A stretch of DNA of 64,000 nucleotides from Mobula hypostoma (lineage: Eukaryota): NCBI RefSeq assembly GCF_963921235.1, contig NC_086118.1, forward strand, positions 26,228,001 through 26,292,000, given 5' to 3'. Of this stretch, positions 40,450-52,411 are shown one piece after another. A program made the position numbers and the translations under genes. Within the stretch, counting starts at the first letter, position 1, and every line of letters begins with the position of its first letter. The notes under the pieces are model-generated. The model did no database searches and was not told the origin of the DNA. It saw only the letters and a list, made by a program, of their open reading frames with translations.

Positions 40450-41989
40450 CGGGGTGGCCAACCTTTTACATTCCATGTGTCAATTTTTTCACGCACAAGT
40501 TCAGATGCGCCATACAACTCTTGTACCCCCATTCAATTCTTGTAAAACTATGTTAATATAGACACTTTTAGCATTTTTACATGATATATTGACAATATAA
40601 AAACAAGATAATCATTATACTTTATACTTTATTGTCGCCAAACAATTGATACTAGAACGTACAATCATCACAGCGATATTTGATTCTGCGCTTCCTGCTC
40701 CCTGGATTACAAATTGATAGTAATATTAAAAGTTTAAATTATAAATCATAAATAGAAAATAGAAAAGTAGAAAGTAAGGTAGTGCAAAAAAACCGAGAGG
40801 CAGGTCCAGATATTCGAAGGGTATGGCCCAGATCCGGGTCAGGATCCATTCAGCAGTCTTATCACAGTTGGAAAGAAGCTGTTCCCAAATCTGGCCTTAT
40901 GAGTCTTCAAGCTCCTGAGCCTTCTCCCGGAGGGAAGAGGGACGAAAAGTGTGTTGGCTGGGTGGGTCGTGTCCTTGATTATCCTGGCAGCAATGCTCCG
41001 ACAGCGTGCGGTGTAAAGTGAGTCCAAGAATGGAAGATTGGTTTGTGTGATGTGCTGCACTGTGTTCACGATCTTCTGCAGCTTCTGTCGGTCTTGGACA
41101 GGACAACTTCCATACCAGGTTGTGATGCACCCTAGAAGAATGCTTTCTACATTACTTACCTTACTTACCTTAATGAGACTTTTGAGTCTGTTTTGATTTT
41201 GCCAAGCTTTTAATGTTTGGAGTTAAATTAGTTACTGAGAGCAGCAGAGAATTCTTCAAATTTGAATCAGTCAATCGCGACCTCGTTTTGTTTTTAATCA
41301 ATTTCATGGCTGAAAATGTTTTCACAACAATGCACAACGGTTTTCCTGACGGACCCACTATAAATAAGAACTCATTTTCCCACGGTTAATTGAATTCACG
41401 CTATCACTTTCTGCTTTTCTTCTGCTCATTTTCTTTTGTACCGAACGTAAAAACAAGGCTTAATTTTCGAAAAAGTACAAAACTGCAAATGTTCACAAAG
41501 GACAAACAAAGCACAACTCCGTAGCATACGAGTGTCAATTGTAAACTGACTGGCAAAAACATGCGACGCACCGCTGGTGCAGACGCCTGGCGCCTCAGGA
41601 TCAAACAAGTATCAAACGTGTATTGAACCGTTATGGAACAACTGCAGAACAAAAGTCCTTCTTTCCTAGTTTGACTCGTTGAACATTTTTTTAAAATTGA
41701 AAACAGATTAATGTGAAAGAAGAAAACATTCGCCAAAAGATGTGCACGAAATAATAAAATCGCTAAAAATAATTGCTAAGTTTTAGATTTATTCTCAGTA
41801 AAACCCATTTCTAGCTTTAAGCTACTTGAATTCCTGTTATAGATTGTTTTTTCTACAAATTGGTTTTTGGTTAATACTTTTTGCAGGAGTAGGCTTACTT
41901 TTTTATTATTATCACTGAGGTGCAATGCGCCACTTCTAACCATCCAACGAGCCGCTTTTGGCGCATTCGCCATAGGTTGGCCACCCCTG
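40450..41989 (-). mobile_element. Non-autonomous hAT (Charlie/Buster-type) DNA transposon
   Basis: TIRs c(a)ggggtggccaacct / aggttggccacccctg; 8-bp TSD ccttagac / ccctaaac. Transposase remnants WENEFLFIVGPSGKPLCIV and KTFSAMKLIKNKTRSRLTDSNL...QKSH*. Confidence 0.88.
40616..41150 (-). mobile_element. Rex1/Babar-like LINE 3' fragment nested in the hAT
   Basis: ESILLGCITTWYGSC...IIKDTTHPANTLFVPLPSGRRLRSLKTHKARFGNSFFPTVIRLLN; tail (aaagtat)n. Confidence 0.88.
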
Positions 41990-42179
41990 CCCTAAACGAA
42001 CACGAGCCGGGCAAGCCTGAGGGTTATGGTGACTATTAGTACCCTGCAATAATCTATCCATAGAAATATTATGCCAGTGATAAACTTCCATCTATTTCAC
42101 CGACAGAATAGACAGAAAAAGAAAAATATCATTAATGAAGTGAAAAGGAAGTTGTAGCCAGTTTATTAAGGACAAAGAG

Positions 42180-43436
42180 AGAGATTAGTTAAACACACCC
42201 CATGTAAAAAGATCCTACGTCTCCTCCACAGAATGATAGGCACCTGTTCCTTCTTTTCCTGCCTAGGAAGTGACACCTGTCGCATTATGAAATTCTGCAA
42301 TGGCATCCCCCAGGGATCAGTTCTGGCTCCAACCTTGTTCAATCTGTACCTCAGTGACCTCCCTGAAACCAAATCTGCTAAATTTGGATATGCTGATGAC
42401 TGGGCCATAGCCTTCCAATTGAACGATGTCAAATCCATTGAAAAAAACTTTACCCAAGATATTAACTCCCTATCCAACTGCTTCTCAAAGTGGTACCTGA
42501 ATATGAACATCAACAACACAGTAACTTCCATATTTCATCTCGACAACTGACTAACCAAACTTAATATCAAACTAAGTGACAAACAACTACCCAACAATCC
42601 GCACCCAAAGTACTTAGATTGAACTCTCTCATACAAGATCCACCTTCAAAATATTGCAAAGAAACTAAAATCCAGAATGGCCATGATCAGGAAGATAGTA
42701 AGAACCAAATGGGGTGCTAACCAGTCAGTCCTATGAACATCTAGCCTGGCACTATGTTTCTCGATCACCGAATATTGCACACCCACCTGGGAGAGAAGTG
42801 CTCACACAAACATCAATACACATCTCCATACTTCCAAGAGAATAATTTCAAGAGCCCTAAAATCCACACCTGTCCAATGGCTCCCAACAATGAGAGGAAT
42901 AGCATCCCCAGAGATCCGTAGAAGAGCAGCTTCAGCAAAATTCTACAAGCGTATCCAAAATATGCCCAACAACGTTCCAGTTCGTAAACTCATCAAAAAT
43001 GCTCCTCCAACTTCCCGATTCAAATCCCGAAAACCTTTCCACAACTTGAAAAGTCTCGACTCCAATGACCAAAACACTGAATGGCGCCAATACAGGCACA
43101 CCAACATGCTCCCCGGTGGAGATCTGTTCGATGACCCCACCTCGCTCCTCCCTGGCTTTACTACAACTACCTGGAAAAACTGGACAGCTGCAAATAGACT
43201 CAGAAGTCGACGTGCTAAAACAGCACAAACACTACACCGATGGGGCACCCGACAAAGCTTGCCCCTGCGGTGCCCCAACCCAGGATGTCCTCCACTTGGT
43301 CCAAACATGCCCTCTCACTAAGACCCAGGACGGCTTTGCTGTGGTCCATTGATGCAGCCATGAGCTGGAAGAGCGGCTTGACAAAAAACAATTACAAGTG
43401 TGAAGAGAAAAACAACTGTCTTACGAAACAACAACA
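42180..43436 (+). mobile_element. Vingi/Ingi-clade LINE, 5'-truncated, with stops
   Basis: NGIPQGSVLAPTLFNLYLSDLP..YADD, KWGANQSVL..LALCFSITEYCTPTW, GIASPEIRR, ANRLRS, C-terminal CPCGAPTQDVLHLVQTCP; (caa)n tail. Confidence 0.78.
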
Positions 43437-45889
43437 GTGAAAACACAAAAAATAGTCATTGTGGATTAATATTTTAATATTGATATTTTACTGATTGAAT
43501 CTCATTTAACCAATATATCAAGATGACTACTTGATGCTTAGAGTGATGGATCAGAGCAAATTGAACCTTACCCTGTTTATCATAAAATACTTTCCAAAGA
43601 TATATTGTTATTAAATGTGACATTTGATTCAAAGGGGAATCCGATATGGCAGTGCAAACTTGAGTATAGGTGCAGGATAAAATATCAAAATCTTTCAAGA
43701 GAAATGTAGAGTTCTTTTGGATGGTATATTTTTAATCACTTCTGGTGTTTAATTTAAAACATCTCTTGTAAGTGCTTACACTAATTTAAACTGAGTCTAT
43801 AATTATTGAACCTGCATTTATTTAGCCTGACAATGAATGGAAAAAAGATGGTTCTCAAGTAACCTAATTATATCTTGAGCAGCCTTACAACATCACATTG
43901 CTGTGTTCTATCTTTTTGAAAGGAAAGGACATAACTTCTGAAATGATTTATTCAGGAACATGAAAACAGATCAATGTTTATGACAGGAAATGGGCCAGGA
44001 CAACAGTAAAATGAAATGTATCACAACGATCCAAACAACACAACTAAATTGCAAGGTCTGTTCTGAAGACAAAGTTCAAATGCCTCTTCATTGGTCTTGG
44101 AACACACATACTGCTCAAAGCAGATATCGATCAACATCTTAACCAGAAGACACTCCTCCGCTCCCAGCACACTCCGTGTTCCCACGACTAAAACCCTTGC
44201 TGCAGACAAATACCATTTCTTTCTTATCATAGTTAGTAATAAAAAGGTACAGCAAAAGATTAATGGCATCATACGTTTCTCATGGAGCTAACACAGTGAC
44301 AACAATGACAGAGAGGCCTGGTATAAATTCAGCACGTCGTCACTGGAAACACTTGTGAACATGGGAACAGCTTTGATTTTAAACTGCTTCCATTTTAAAA
44401 CTGCTTTGTCCACTTTTAGTACAAGGTAGCAATTTACCAGACTGCTGAACAACTGACAGGTGACTTCAATATTCTGAATCACAATCTATACAAGTGCGGC
44501 ATTCCAACTAAATATCACATTAAATTCTAAATTTATATTTATAGGATCATACAGCAATGAAAAAGGTCCTTTGGCCCACCTATTATCCACATATACTAAC
44601 CCTACTTGACAGCATTTTCTTCACTTTCCTAGTTAGTGAAGATGAATACAAAATTATACAAGGCCTTGTACCACTAATGCATATTTTCTACCACTGATTT
44701 TCTCTCTACTAATATTAATTAATGAGAAGTAGTTGGCAATGTTGAGACAGCTACTGAATAAACAGTATGCTGTCCGCAAGATCCTGTGCTGGGCTCGACT
44801 TTGGGACCTTACAGCTACAGAACTTGCAGTCTCTCTGAAGTCTACACTCTGCGTGCATGATTGTCTCCAATCATTACATCAGATTCTTTAACACTAAACA
44901 TTAAAAATGGATGGAATTACTGAAAAACGCTAGCACACAACAAATGGGAGGCAGTGTATCGTGTGCATGCACATCAAACACAGAAGAACTTGTTACAAAG
45001 TTTACCACACCTTGCCAAGCCTTGCTGGTCAATGAGAGGTTCAACACTAGGCAAAGCCATAAATGAGGCACCAGTTTAATGAAGGTACAACATATTGCTA
45101 AAATCATTAAAATAACATTCAACAGATAATTATACTGAAGCTCTGCAGTACTGATGTTACAGCTATAAATGGCAGCAGAGTGTCAGGAGGTAGCCCCATG
45201 AATAGCTTCATTTTCAAAGGCAGAGTTGAAGCATTTGCAGTCATCATCAACCACAAGTGCCATGAGTATGTTCTATCTGCACTCTCTATAGTTCTTACTA
45301 TCTAACAAGTTTGGTATTCAGATAATTTGATTCACTGTGCATGATTATCAAGAAATGGCCAGGTCTACGGGGTATGACAATGGCCATGTGCCTGACTACA
45401 GCCTGTGTGTCATGTTGAAGAGATACTCGAGAACTAGCAGCACCTCCCAGTCCAACTACAAGACTAACATTACCTAAAAATATTAATTTGTTCAACTATA
45501 TCCTGTCTAGAAAACACAGAACAAATCCCTCCCACCTGATCAGTTTACTCTTAATTATTATTAAAGTGCTGGAAGACATTGATTCATCATAACCTGCTTA
45601 ATTTGGGTTCTGGAAGGATTACTCCCCTCCAGGCTTCATTAAGACCAAGCCTATGATTAAGGTGAATTCCAAAGATCCAACATAAATAAGTCTCAAAAGG
45701 ACAGTGAGACAGCCTGTGACTTAGGTCAGTGGGGTAGAACAATCCACAGCCTTCAGTTATAACTCATTCAAATGTCTTAATCTCAGGACATCAATTGTTT
45801 CATCATAAATCTTCTTTTTGTTACGACTTTAGATCTCTGCATTGGGAACATTTGCTGATGAATGCACATTGCTTGGTTCCACTTGTAGT

Positions 45890-47450
45890 TCACAAAATAA
45901 TAAATTAGTCTGCTATTAAAAATTGACACTATAGGTGACGGTTGCTTTTCAAGCCACATCCAATAAGCTGAGTCCAACAACCACAGACAACAGCTTCACC
46001 ATTATTGAACCTCCTACCATCAATATCCTGGGAGTCATATTTGACTAGGAGCTTAACAGGATAAGCCAGAGACTGGAGCACTGTGGTGGATGACTTATTT
46101 CCTGATTTCCTAGTCTTTGCACCATCTTCAAGGCACACGTCAGAAGTAGGATGGATTTTCCACCTTCCTGGACAAGTTCAGCTCCAACTACTCATAAGAA
46201 GTTCATCACCGTTTTCCCACTGGATTGATAGCTATCCAACACCCCAAATTTCAATTCACCCTCCATCAGTAGTAAAGTAGAGCTTCAAGCTTCCTTGACT
46301 GCATCTACCAAATGCTATGACAACCATGACCTGGAAAACCAAGGGATATAAACAAATGGGAGCACTATCAACTGCAGATTTCCCCCTGATATTCCAGAAA
46401 AATACGGCGCCAACGAACAACATGACCAAGAGCAACAATCTTCAGATGAAACTACTTCTTTCACTTTGTTAACGTCTTCTCTTTCTTTCAAATGTGGTTC
46501 TAGGATCTACATTTTAATGATGTGCTTTCGGGCTGACTGACCAATCTGGTGCTCTGCTACCTCCAAGAGAGTGCTTTTATGCTCTGAGCGAACTACGTGG
46601 CCAAGAACCTGGAGACAGGGCCCAAGGCCACTAATGACTCCAGTTCCCGCCAATTAAAGCATCGAGGAAGTTTGATATCATCTTGGTGAGGGCAGAAGGT
46701 GATGATATGTTCAGCATCGTCTCCCAGTCTCTCGCTCACCGATGCTAAAGGAAAGTGTCTGTGTGTGACAGACACTCTTTCTCACTCCCTCTCCTCCTGA
46801 AGAAAGGCCCCTGCATTCAAATACTCCCTCTCCCTCAATGCTGTTGGAAGATGGTGCTAGATTTCTGTTTCTTGAGCAAGATTGTGACACAGTTTGTGGA
46901 CTGGACTCTGTAGTACACATCATGATGTGTTTCTGGTTTCTCGTCACTTCTTTTGGTGCTACTGTGGGGGATTTTGATAAGCACAACTGGCAGATAGTTT
47001 ACTGAGCTGAACTGAACATGCCAGGGCTCTTTTGATTTTGTGTTTTATATTCTGCTCACTTTTTGTTTGTTGCTGTTTGCACGGTTTACTTTTTTGTTTT
47101 ACGCATGGGAGGGCGTTTGATGTTTTTCTTTGACAGGGTTCCATGGCTTCGTTTTGTGGCTGTGTGTGGGGAAGGTGAGTCTGAGGGTTGTATACTGCAT
47201 ACATACTTTGATAATAAATGTACTTTGATTCTTTGATATTATAAACCAAACCATCTTGAACACTGCTATTCTTTTATTGCTGGGCCATGATCATTTGAAA
47301 TCTTTACCGAATTGCATTGTGAAAGTATCTTCAGTATTCCAGCAGTATATTTCCCGACTATGTGGAGGTACAGAGTGGTTCAATACTCTGTTATTGTACT
47401 AAGTACCAAAAGGAATAGACAATCCTAGCCTTGCCAACAATGCATTCAGA
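45890..47450 (+). mobile_element. Old CR1/L2-group LINE 3' remnant interrupted by 46394-47233
   Basis: caatatcctgggagtcatatttgac, aaggcacacgtcagaagtaggatgga; sequence continues collinearly after 47240. Confidence 0.5.
46394..47233 (+). mobile_element. Non-coding LINE-dependent (bipartite) retroelement, second family
   Basis: Starts aatacggcgcc (AAGATGGCGCC-like). Ends gagggttgtatactgcatacatactttgataataaatgtactttga, matching the Rex1-like tail at 49637. Flanked by tgatatt on both sides. Confidence 0.7.
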
Positions 47451-47581
47451 GAAAACAAATTCCAGTATTTGTCAACTTTGGAAAAGCTTCATCTGAGAAT
47501 TTGAAGTGTTTTTAATACAGTACATTACATGATTAACTTCTGACTGAATTTAGCACAGCTGGCATAAATTTCAGGCATTAC

Positions 47582-47714
47582 CTGACTGCTTGTTGGCTAT
47601 TTCCTGCTGTGTTGCAGATGAGAAGAAGCACTTGTCCAGAAGCTCCATGTTGAACAAAATCTGTTAGATTTCCTTCAAAGTTATTGGAAGATGCACTTGA
47701 GTTCTGGTAGCGCC
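47582..47714 (-). CDS. usp43: usp43 internal coding exon (133 nt, phase 1 to 2)
   Basis: Acceptor ttatcttcctgctctacag, donor AG|gtaatg. Translates (G)RYQNSSASSNNFEGNLTDFVQHGASGQVLLLICNTAGNSQQAV(R), matching recalled USP43 KVLILFCNLVGSGQQASR. In frame with the next exon. Confidence 0.93.
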
Positions 47715-47814
47715 CTGTAGAGCAGGAAGATAATGTTATTAAGATTCTTCAACTGTAATAACAAATTTTAGTTCATTTTATTTCATGGTAGCAAAACAAT
47801 GTTCTTGAAGAATC

Positions 47815-48392
47815 ACAAATAAGCAAAAAGTTTGCAGAGGCAGGAAATCCAAGCAACACACACAAAATGCTGAAGGAACTCAGCAGGCCATTCCCATTCT
47901 GATATGTCCATCCATGGTCTCCTCTGCTGAAGCAATAAGGCCACACTCACGTTGGAGAAGCAACACCTTATATTCTGTCTGGGTAGTCTCCAAACTGATA
48001 GCATAAACATCGATGCCCCCCCCTTCTCTATTCTCCATTCCCATTTCCCACTCTCACCTTATCTCCTTGCCTGCCCACTTTTTCTTTCTTCCATGGCTTT
48101 CTGTCCTCCCCTATTAGATTCCCCCCTTCTCCAGCCCTGTATCTCTTTCACTAACCAACTTTCCAACTCTTTCCTTCACACCTCCTCCTGATTTCATCTA
48201 TCACCTTATGTTTCTCCCTCCCCTCCCCCCACTCGTTTACTCTGACCCCTCATCTTTTTTCTCCAGTCCTGCTGAAGGGTCTCGGCCCAAAACGTCAACT
48301 GTACTCGTTCCCATAGATGCTGCCTGGCCTGCTGAGTTCCTCCAGCATTTTGTGTGTTACTTTTATTTCAAGCATCTGTAGATTTTCTCCTG
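47815..48392 (+). mobile_element. Penelope-like element 3' end (endonuclease C-terminus + pLTR) with inverted 5' pLTR piece
   Basis: HSHSDMSIHGLL...LTLEKQHLIFCLGSLQTDSINID, pyrimidine-rich UTR, cagtcctgctgaagggtctcggcccaaaacgtcaactg. 47815-47889 is an inverted copy of the end. Confidence 0.85.
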
Positions 48393-48616
48393 TAGAAAAG
48401 ACTCTTTTATCTTTATCATCCTGTGTCCTCTGAAAGGACTCTTTATCTTTATCATTCTGTGGTCATTCATTTCATTTTTGTGTAAGGAGGATTTTCTTGA
48501 CATCATTTCTAAATGGCGTATCACCAGCTTGAACTTCCGTCTTTTTACCTGATTCCCATCATTAACTTGAAGTGAAATTTCATTTTTTTCCTATCTATTG
48601 TTGTATAATTTATTAT

Positions 48617-48890
48617 TTATTTTTATTTATTGAGATACTGTGCAGAATAGGTCCTTCTGGCCATGTTGCCCAGCAATCCCTTGATTTTAATCCTAGCCTA
48701 ATCATGATTCAATTAACAATGGCCAATTAACCTATCAACCGGTAGGTCTTTGAACTGTGGGAGGAAACTGGAGCACCTGGAGGAAACCCACACGGTCACA
48801 GGAGCTCCTTACAGGCAGCAGCAGGAATTAAACCTGGGTTGCCTGAACTGTAAAGGGCTGTGATAGCCATTATGCTAATGTGCTGCCCCA
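48617..48890 (-). mobile_element. HE1/V-SINE-type element
   Basis: gtctttgaactgtgggaggaaactggagcacctggaggaaacccacacggtcac is the reverse V-domain; (tttta)n tail. Confidence 0.8.
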
Positions 48891-48900
48891 ATATCTATAT

Positions 48901-49525
48901 TAGATTATGAGAACACTCAGTCCTCTTTTATTGTCATTTAGAAATTTATACATGCATTAAGAAATGATACAATGTTCCTCCGGAGTGATATCACAGAAAA
49001 ACAGGACAAACCAAAGACTAACACTGACAGAATCACATAATTATAACATATATTTACAGCAATGCAAAGCAATACCATAATTTGATGAAGAACAAACCAT
49101 GGGCACGGTAAATAAAGTCTCAAAAGTCTCCGAGTCGATCGACTCCCGAGTCTCCTCCAGGCACCATCAACTTGCCGATGCCTTGGAAGCAGCCGACCAC
49201 AGCCGACACTGAGTCCATCCGTCCGAAAACTTAGAGCTTCCGACCAGCCTCTCTGATACAGCCTCCGGAGCGCCATCGACCTCACCCCGGCCGCTGAAAC
49301 ACGCTAAGCCGAGGATTTCGGGGCCTTCTGCTCCCGAGATTCCGGTTACCACACAGTAGCAGCGGCAGCGAAGTGGGCATTTCAGAAGTTTTCCAGATGT
49401 TCCTCTGTACTCTCATGTCCATCTCCATCAAATCAGAATTGCACAGTCCCCTACTTGACAGATAACAGATACCACCACCGAAGTGGCCGTGTGCGCTGCC
49501 GTGACGCCACCATCTTCTCCTCCTC
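48901..49525 (-). mobile_element. Non-coding LINE-dependent (bipartite) retroelement, copy 2
   Basis: End-to-end reverse-complement homolog of 357-1034 with small internal deletions. Confidence 0.82.
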
Positions 49526-49636
49526 CCTATTATATATCTAATTAATAACCATACATACTGCTTTCTTGGTTTTATCTAGAGTGGTGCTGAATGATTCCAG
49601 ATGTTCATGGACAATTCTGAATAATGCACTTGAAAA

Positions 49637-50910
49637 AGTTCAAAGTTCAACGTAAATTTATTATCAAAGTAGATATATGCCACCATACACAACCCTGAGA
49701 TTTATTTTCTTGCAGAGTAATAGTCATAGCAGTATCACTGATAAAGACGCCCAACTTGAGAATTCAACCACAGTGCAGAAAACAACAAATGTGCAAATAC
49801 AAAATGAAAGAAATAATTAATAAATGAACAATAACTATCGAGAATATAAGATGAAGAGTCCTTGAAAGTGAGTCCATTGGTTGTGGGAACATTTCAGTGA
49901 TGGGACAAGTGAAGCTGAGTGAAGTTATCTGCTTTGGTTCAAGAGCCTGATGGTTAAGGGGTAATAACTATTCCTGAACCTGGTACTTTGAGTTCTGAGG
50001 CTCCTGTACCTTCTTCCTGATAGCAACAGCTAAATAGGAGCGTGGTAGTAGGGGTCACTGATGATGGACTCTGCTTTCCTGCACAGCATTTCATGTAGAT
50101 GTGCTGAATGGAGGGGAGGGCTTTACCCATGGTGGATTAGGTCGTATCCACTACTTTTTTTTAGGATTTTCCATTCAAGGGAATTGGTGTTTCCATACCA
50201 GGCCGTGATGCAGCAAGTCAACATATACTCCACTACACATTCATAGACGTTTGTCAAAGTTTTAGATATCATGCAGAATCTCTGCAATCTCAAAAAGAAG
50301 TAGAGGAGCTGCCATGCTTTCTTCCTAATTGCATTCCGACATAATAACACTGAGGATTTTTAAATTGCTGACCCTCTCCATCTCTGATCCTTGATGAGGA
50401 CTGGCTCATAAACTTCTGTTTTCCTTTTCCTGAAGTCAATAATCAGCCTCTTGGTCTTGCTGACATTGTGTAAGAGGTTGTTGTTATGGTACCACTCAGG
50501 CAGATTTTCAGTCTCCCTCCTATATACTGATTTGTCACCACCTTTGATTCGGCCTATGACAGTAGTGTCATCAGCAAACTTGAATATGGCATTGGAGTTG
50601 TGCTTTGCCACACATTCGTATGTGTAAAGCAGGTAGAGAAGGGGACTAAGCACACAGCCTTGTGGTACACCTGTGCTGATGGATTTCATGAAAGAGATGT
50701 TGTTGCCAATCTGAATTAGCTGGGGTCTGCAAGTGAGGAAATGCAGATCCAATTGCACAAGGAGGGTTTGAGGCCAAAGTCCTGGAGCTTATTGGTTAGG
50801 TTTGAGGAGAAGTAGTATTGAATGCTGAACTGTTGTCAAAAAAGAACATCCTTATACATGCATCTTTCTTGTCCAGATGTTCCAAGATCAAGTGAAGAGC
50901 CAATGAGGTG
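49637..50910 (-). mobile_element. Rex1/Babar-like LINE, RT to 3' end
   Basis: STGVPQGCVLSPLLYLLYT..FKFADDTTVIGRI..NVSKTKRLIIDFRK, LTCCITAWYGN; tail (tttgaac)n. Confidence 0.88.
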
Positions 50911-51222
50911 GAAAGGGAAGGATTAATAAATGAACATTTGTTAAAACCTGGCTAAATTTGAATGACTAATGGAGCTTTTTGATGAGTTAACAGAAAATAT
51001 TGATTAAAATGGCATGGGTGATGATATGTGGATTTTCAAAAAGCATTTGAAAAAATATAGCAAACAGATTTTGATATACAAGTAGAAAACCTGCGGGATT
51101 AAAGAGAACCAATGGGATGGATGCAAAACCAGCTAAAGGATGGAAAGCAGAGGGTTGATTTTCCAGATAGGATGGATGCAAATTATGGTGTTCCTTTGTC
51201 AGCAGAAGTAGGATCATTACTC

Positions 51223-52411
51223 TATATGTTGTCTATATGGACTTCAGTAAGGCCTTTGACAAGGTTCCACACAGAAGGTTAGTTAGAAAGGTTCAATCGT
51301 TAGGCATTAATATCGAAGTAGTAAAATGGATTCAGCAGTGGCTGGATGGGAGACGCCAGACAGTAGTGGTGGATAACTGTGTGTCAGATTGGAGGACGGT
51401 GTGTAGCGGTGTGCCTCAGGGATCTGTACTGGGTCCAATGTTGTTTGTCATATATATTAATGATCTGGATGATGGGGTGGTAAATTGGATTAGTAAGTAT
51501 GCAGATGATACTAAGATAGGTGGTGTTGTGGATAATGAAGTAGGTTTTCAAAGCTTGCAGACAGATTTAGGCCAGTTAGAAGAGTGGGCTGAAAGATGGC
51601 AGATGGAGTTTAATGCTGAAAAATGTGAGGTGCTACATTTTGGTAGGACTAATCAAAATAGGACATACATGGTAAATGGTAGGGCATTGAAGAATGCTGT
51701 AGAACAGAGGGATCTAGGAATAATGGTGCATAGTTCCCTGAAGGTGGAATCTCATGTGGATAGGGTGGTGAAGAAACATTTTGGTATGCTGGCCTTTATA
51801 ACTCAGAGCATTGAGTATAGGGGTTGGGATGTAATGTTAAAATTGTACAAGGCATTGATAAGGCCAAATTTGGAGTATTGCGTACAGTTCTGGTCACCGA
51901 ATTATAGGAAAGATGTCAATATAATTGAGAGAGTACAGAGGAGATTTACTAAAATGTTGCCTGGGTTTCAGCTCCTAAGTTACAGAGAAAGGTTGAACAA
52001 GTTAGGTCTTTATTCTTTGGAGCGTAGAAGGTTGAGGGGGGACTTGATAGAGGTTTTTAAAATTTTGAGGGGGATTGATAGAGTTGACGTGGATAGGCTT
52101 TTTCCATTGAGAATGGGGAAGATTCAAACAAGAGGACATGAATTGAGAGTTAAAGGGCAAAAGTTTAGGGGTAACATGAGGGGGAACTTCTTTACTCAGA
52201 GAGTGGCAGCTGTGTAGAACGAGCTTCCAGCAGAAGTGGTTGAGGCCGGTTCGATGTTGTCGATTAAAGTTAAATTGGATAGATATATGGACAGGAAAGG
52301 AACGGAGGGTTATGGGCTGAGTGCAGGTAGGTGGGACTAGGTGAGAGTAAGAGTTCGGCATGGACTAGAAGGGTCGAGATGGCCTGTTTCTGTGCTGTAA
52401 TTGTTATATGG
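51223..52411 (+). mobile_element. Young CR1 LINE, 5'-truncated, open ORF2 segment (51237-52217, 326 aa)
   Basis: MDFSKAFDKVPH...SGVPQGSVLGPMLFVIYINDLD...YADDTK...LERRRLRGDL; tail (gttatatg)n. Flanked by attactc repeats inside an older CR1 (50910-52680). Confidence 0.93.

Larger units (their letters stand above)
39920..42028 (+). mobile_element. LTR-like element split by a hAT insertion
   Basis: Starts tgtaatacgc, has a CCAAT box and internal ~40-bp tandem repeats; resumes after 41989 and ends gagggttatg. TSD not clear. Confidence 0.55.

Noticed and set aside
44021..44482. Adjacent short minus-strand ORFs resembling a pseudogene
   Set aside because: No family motifs recognised in the frames I read.
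48398..48460. About 35-nt tandem duplication
   Set aside because: Ordinary local duplication with no further structure.
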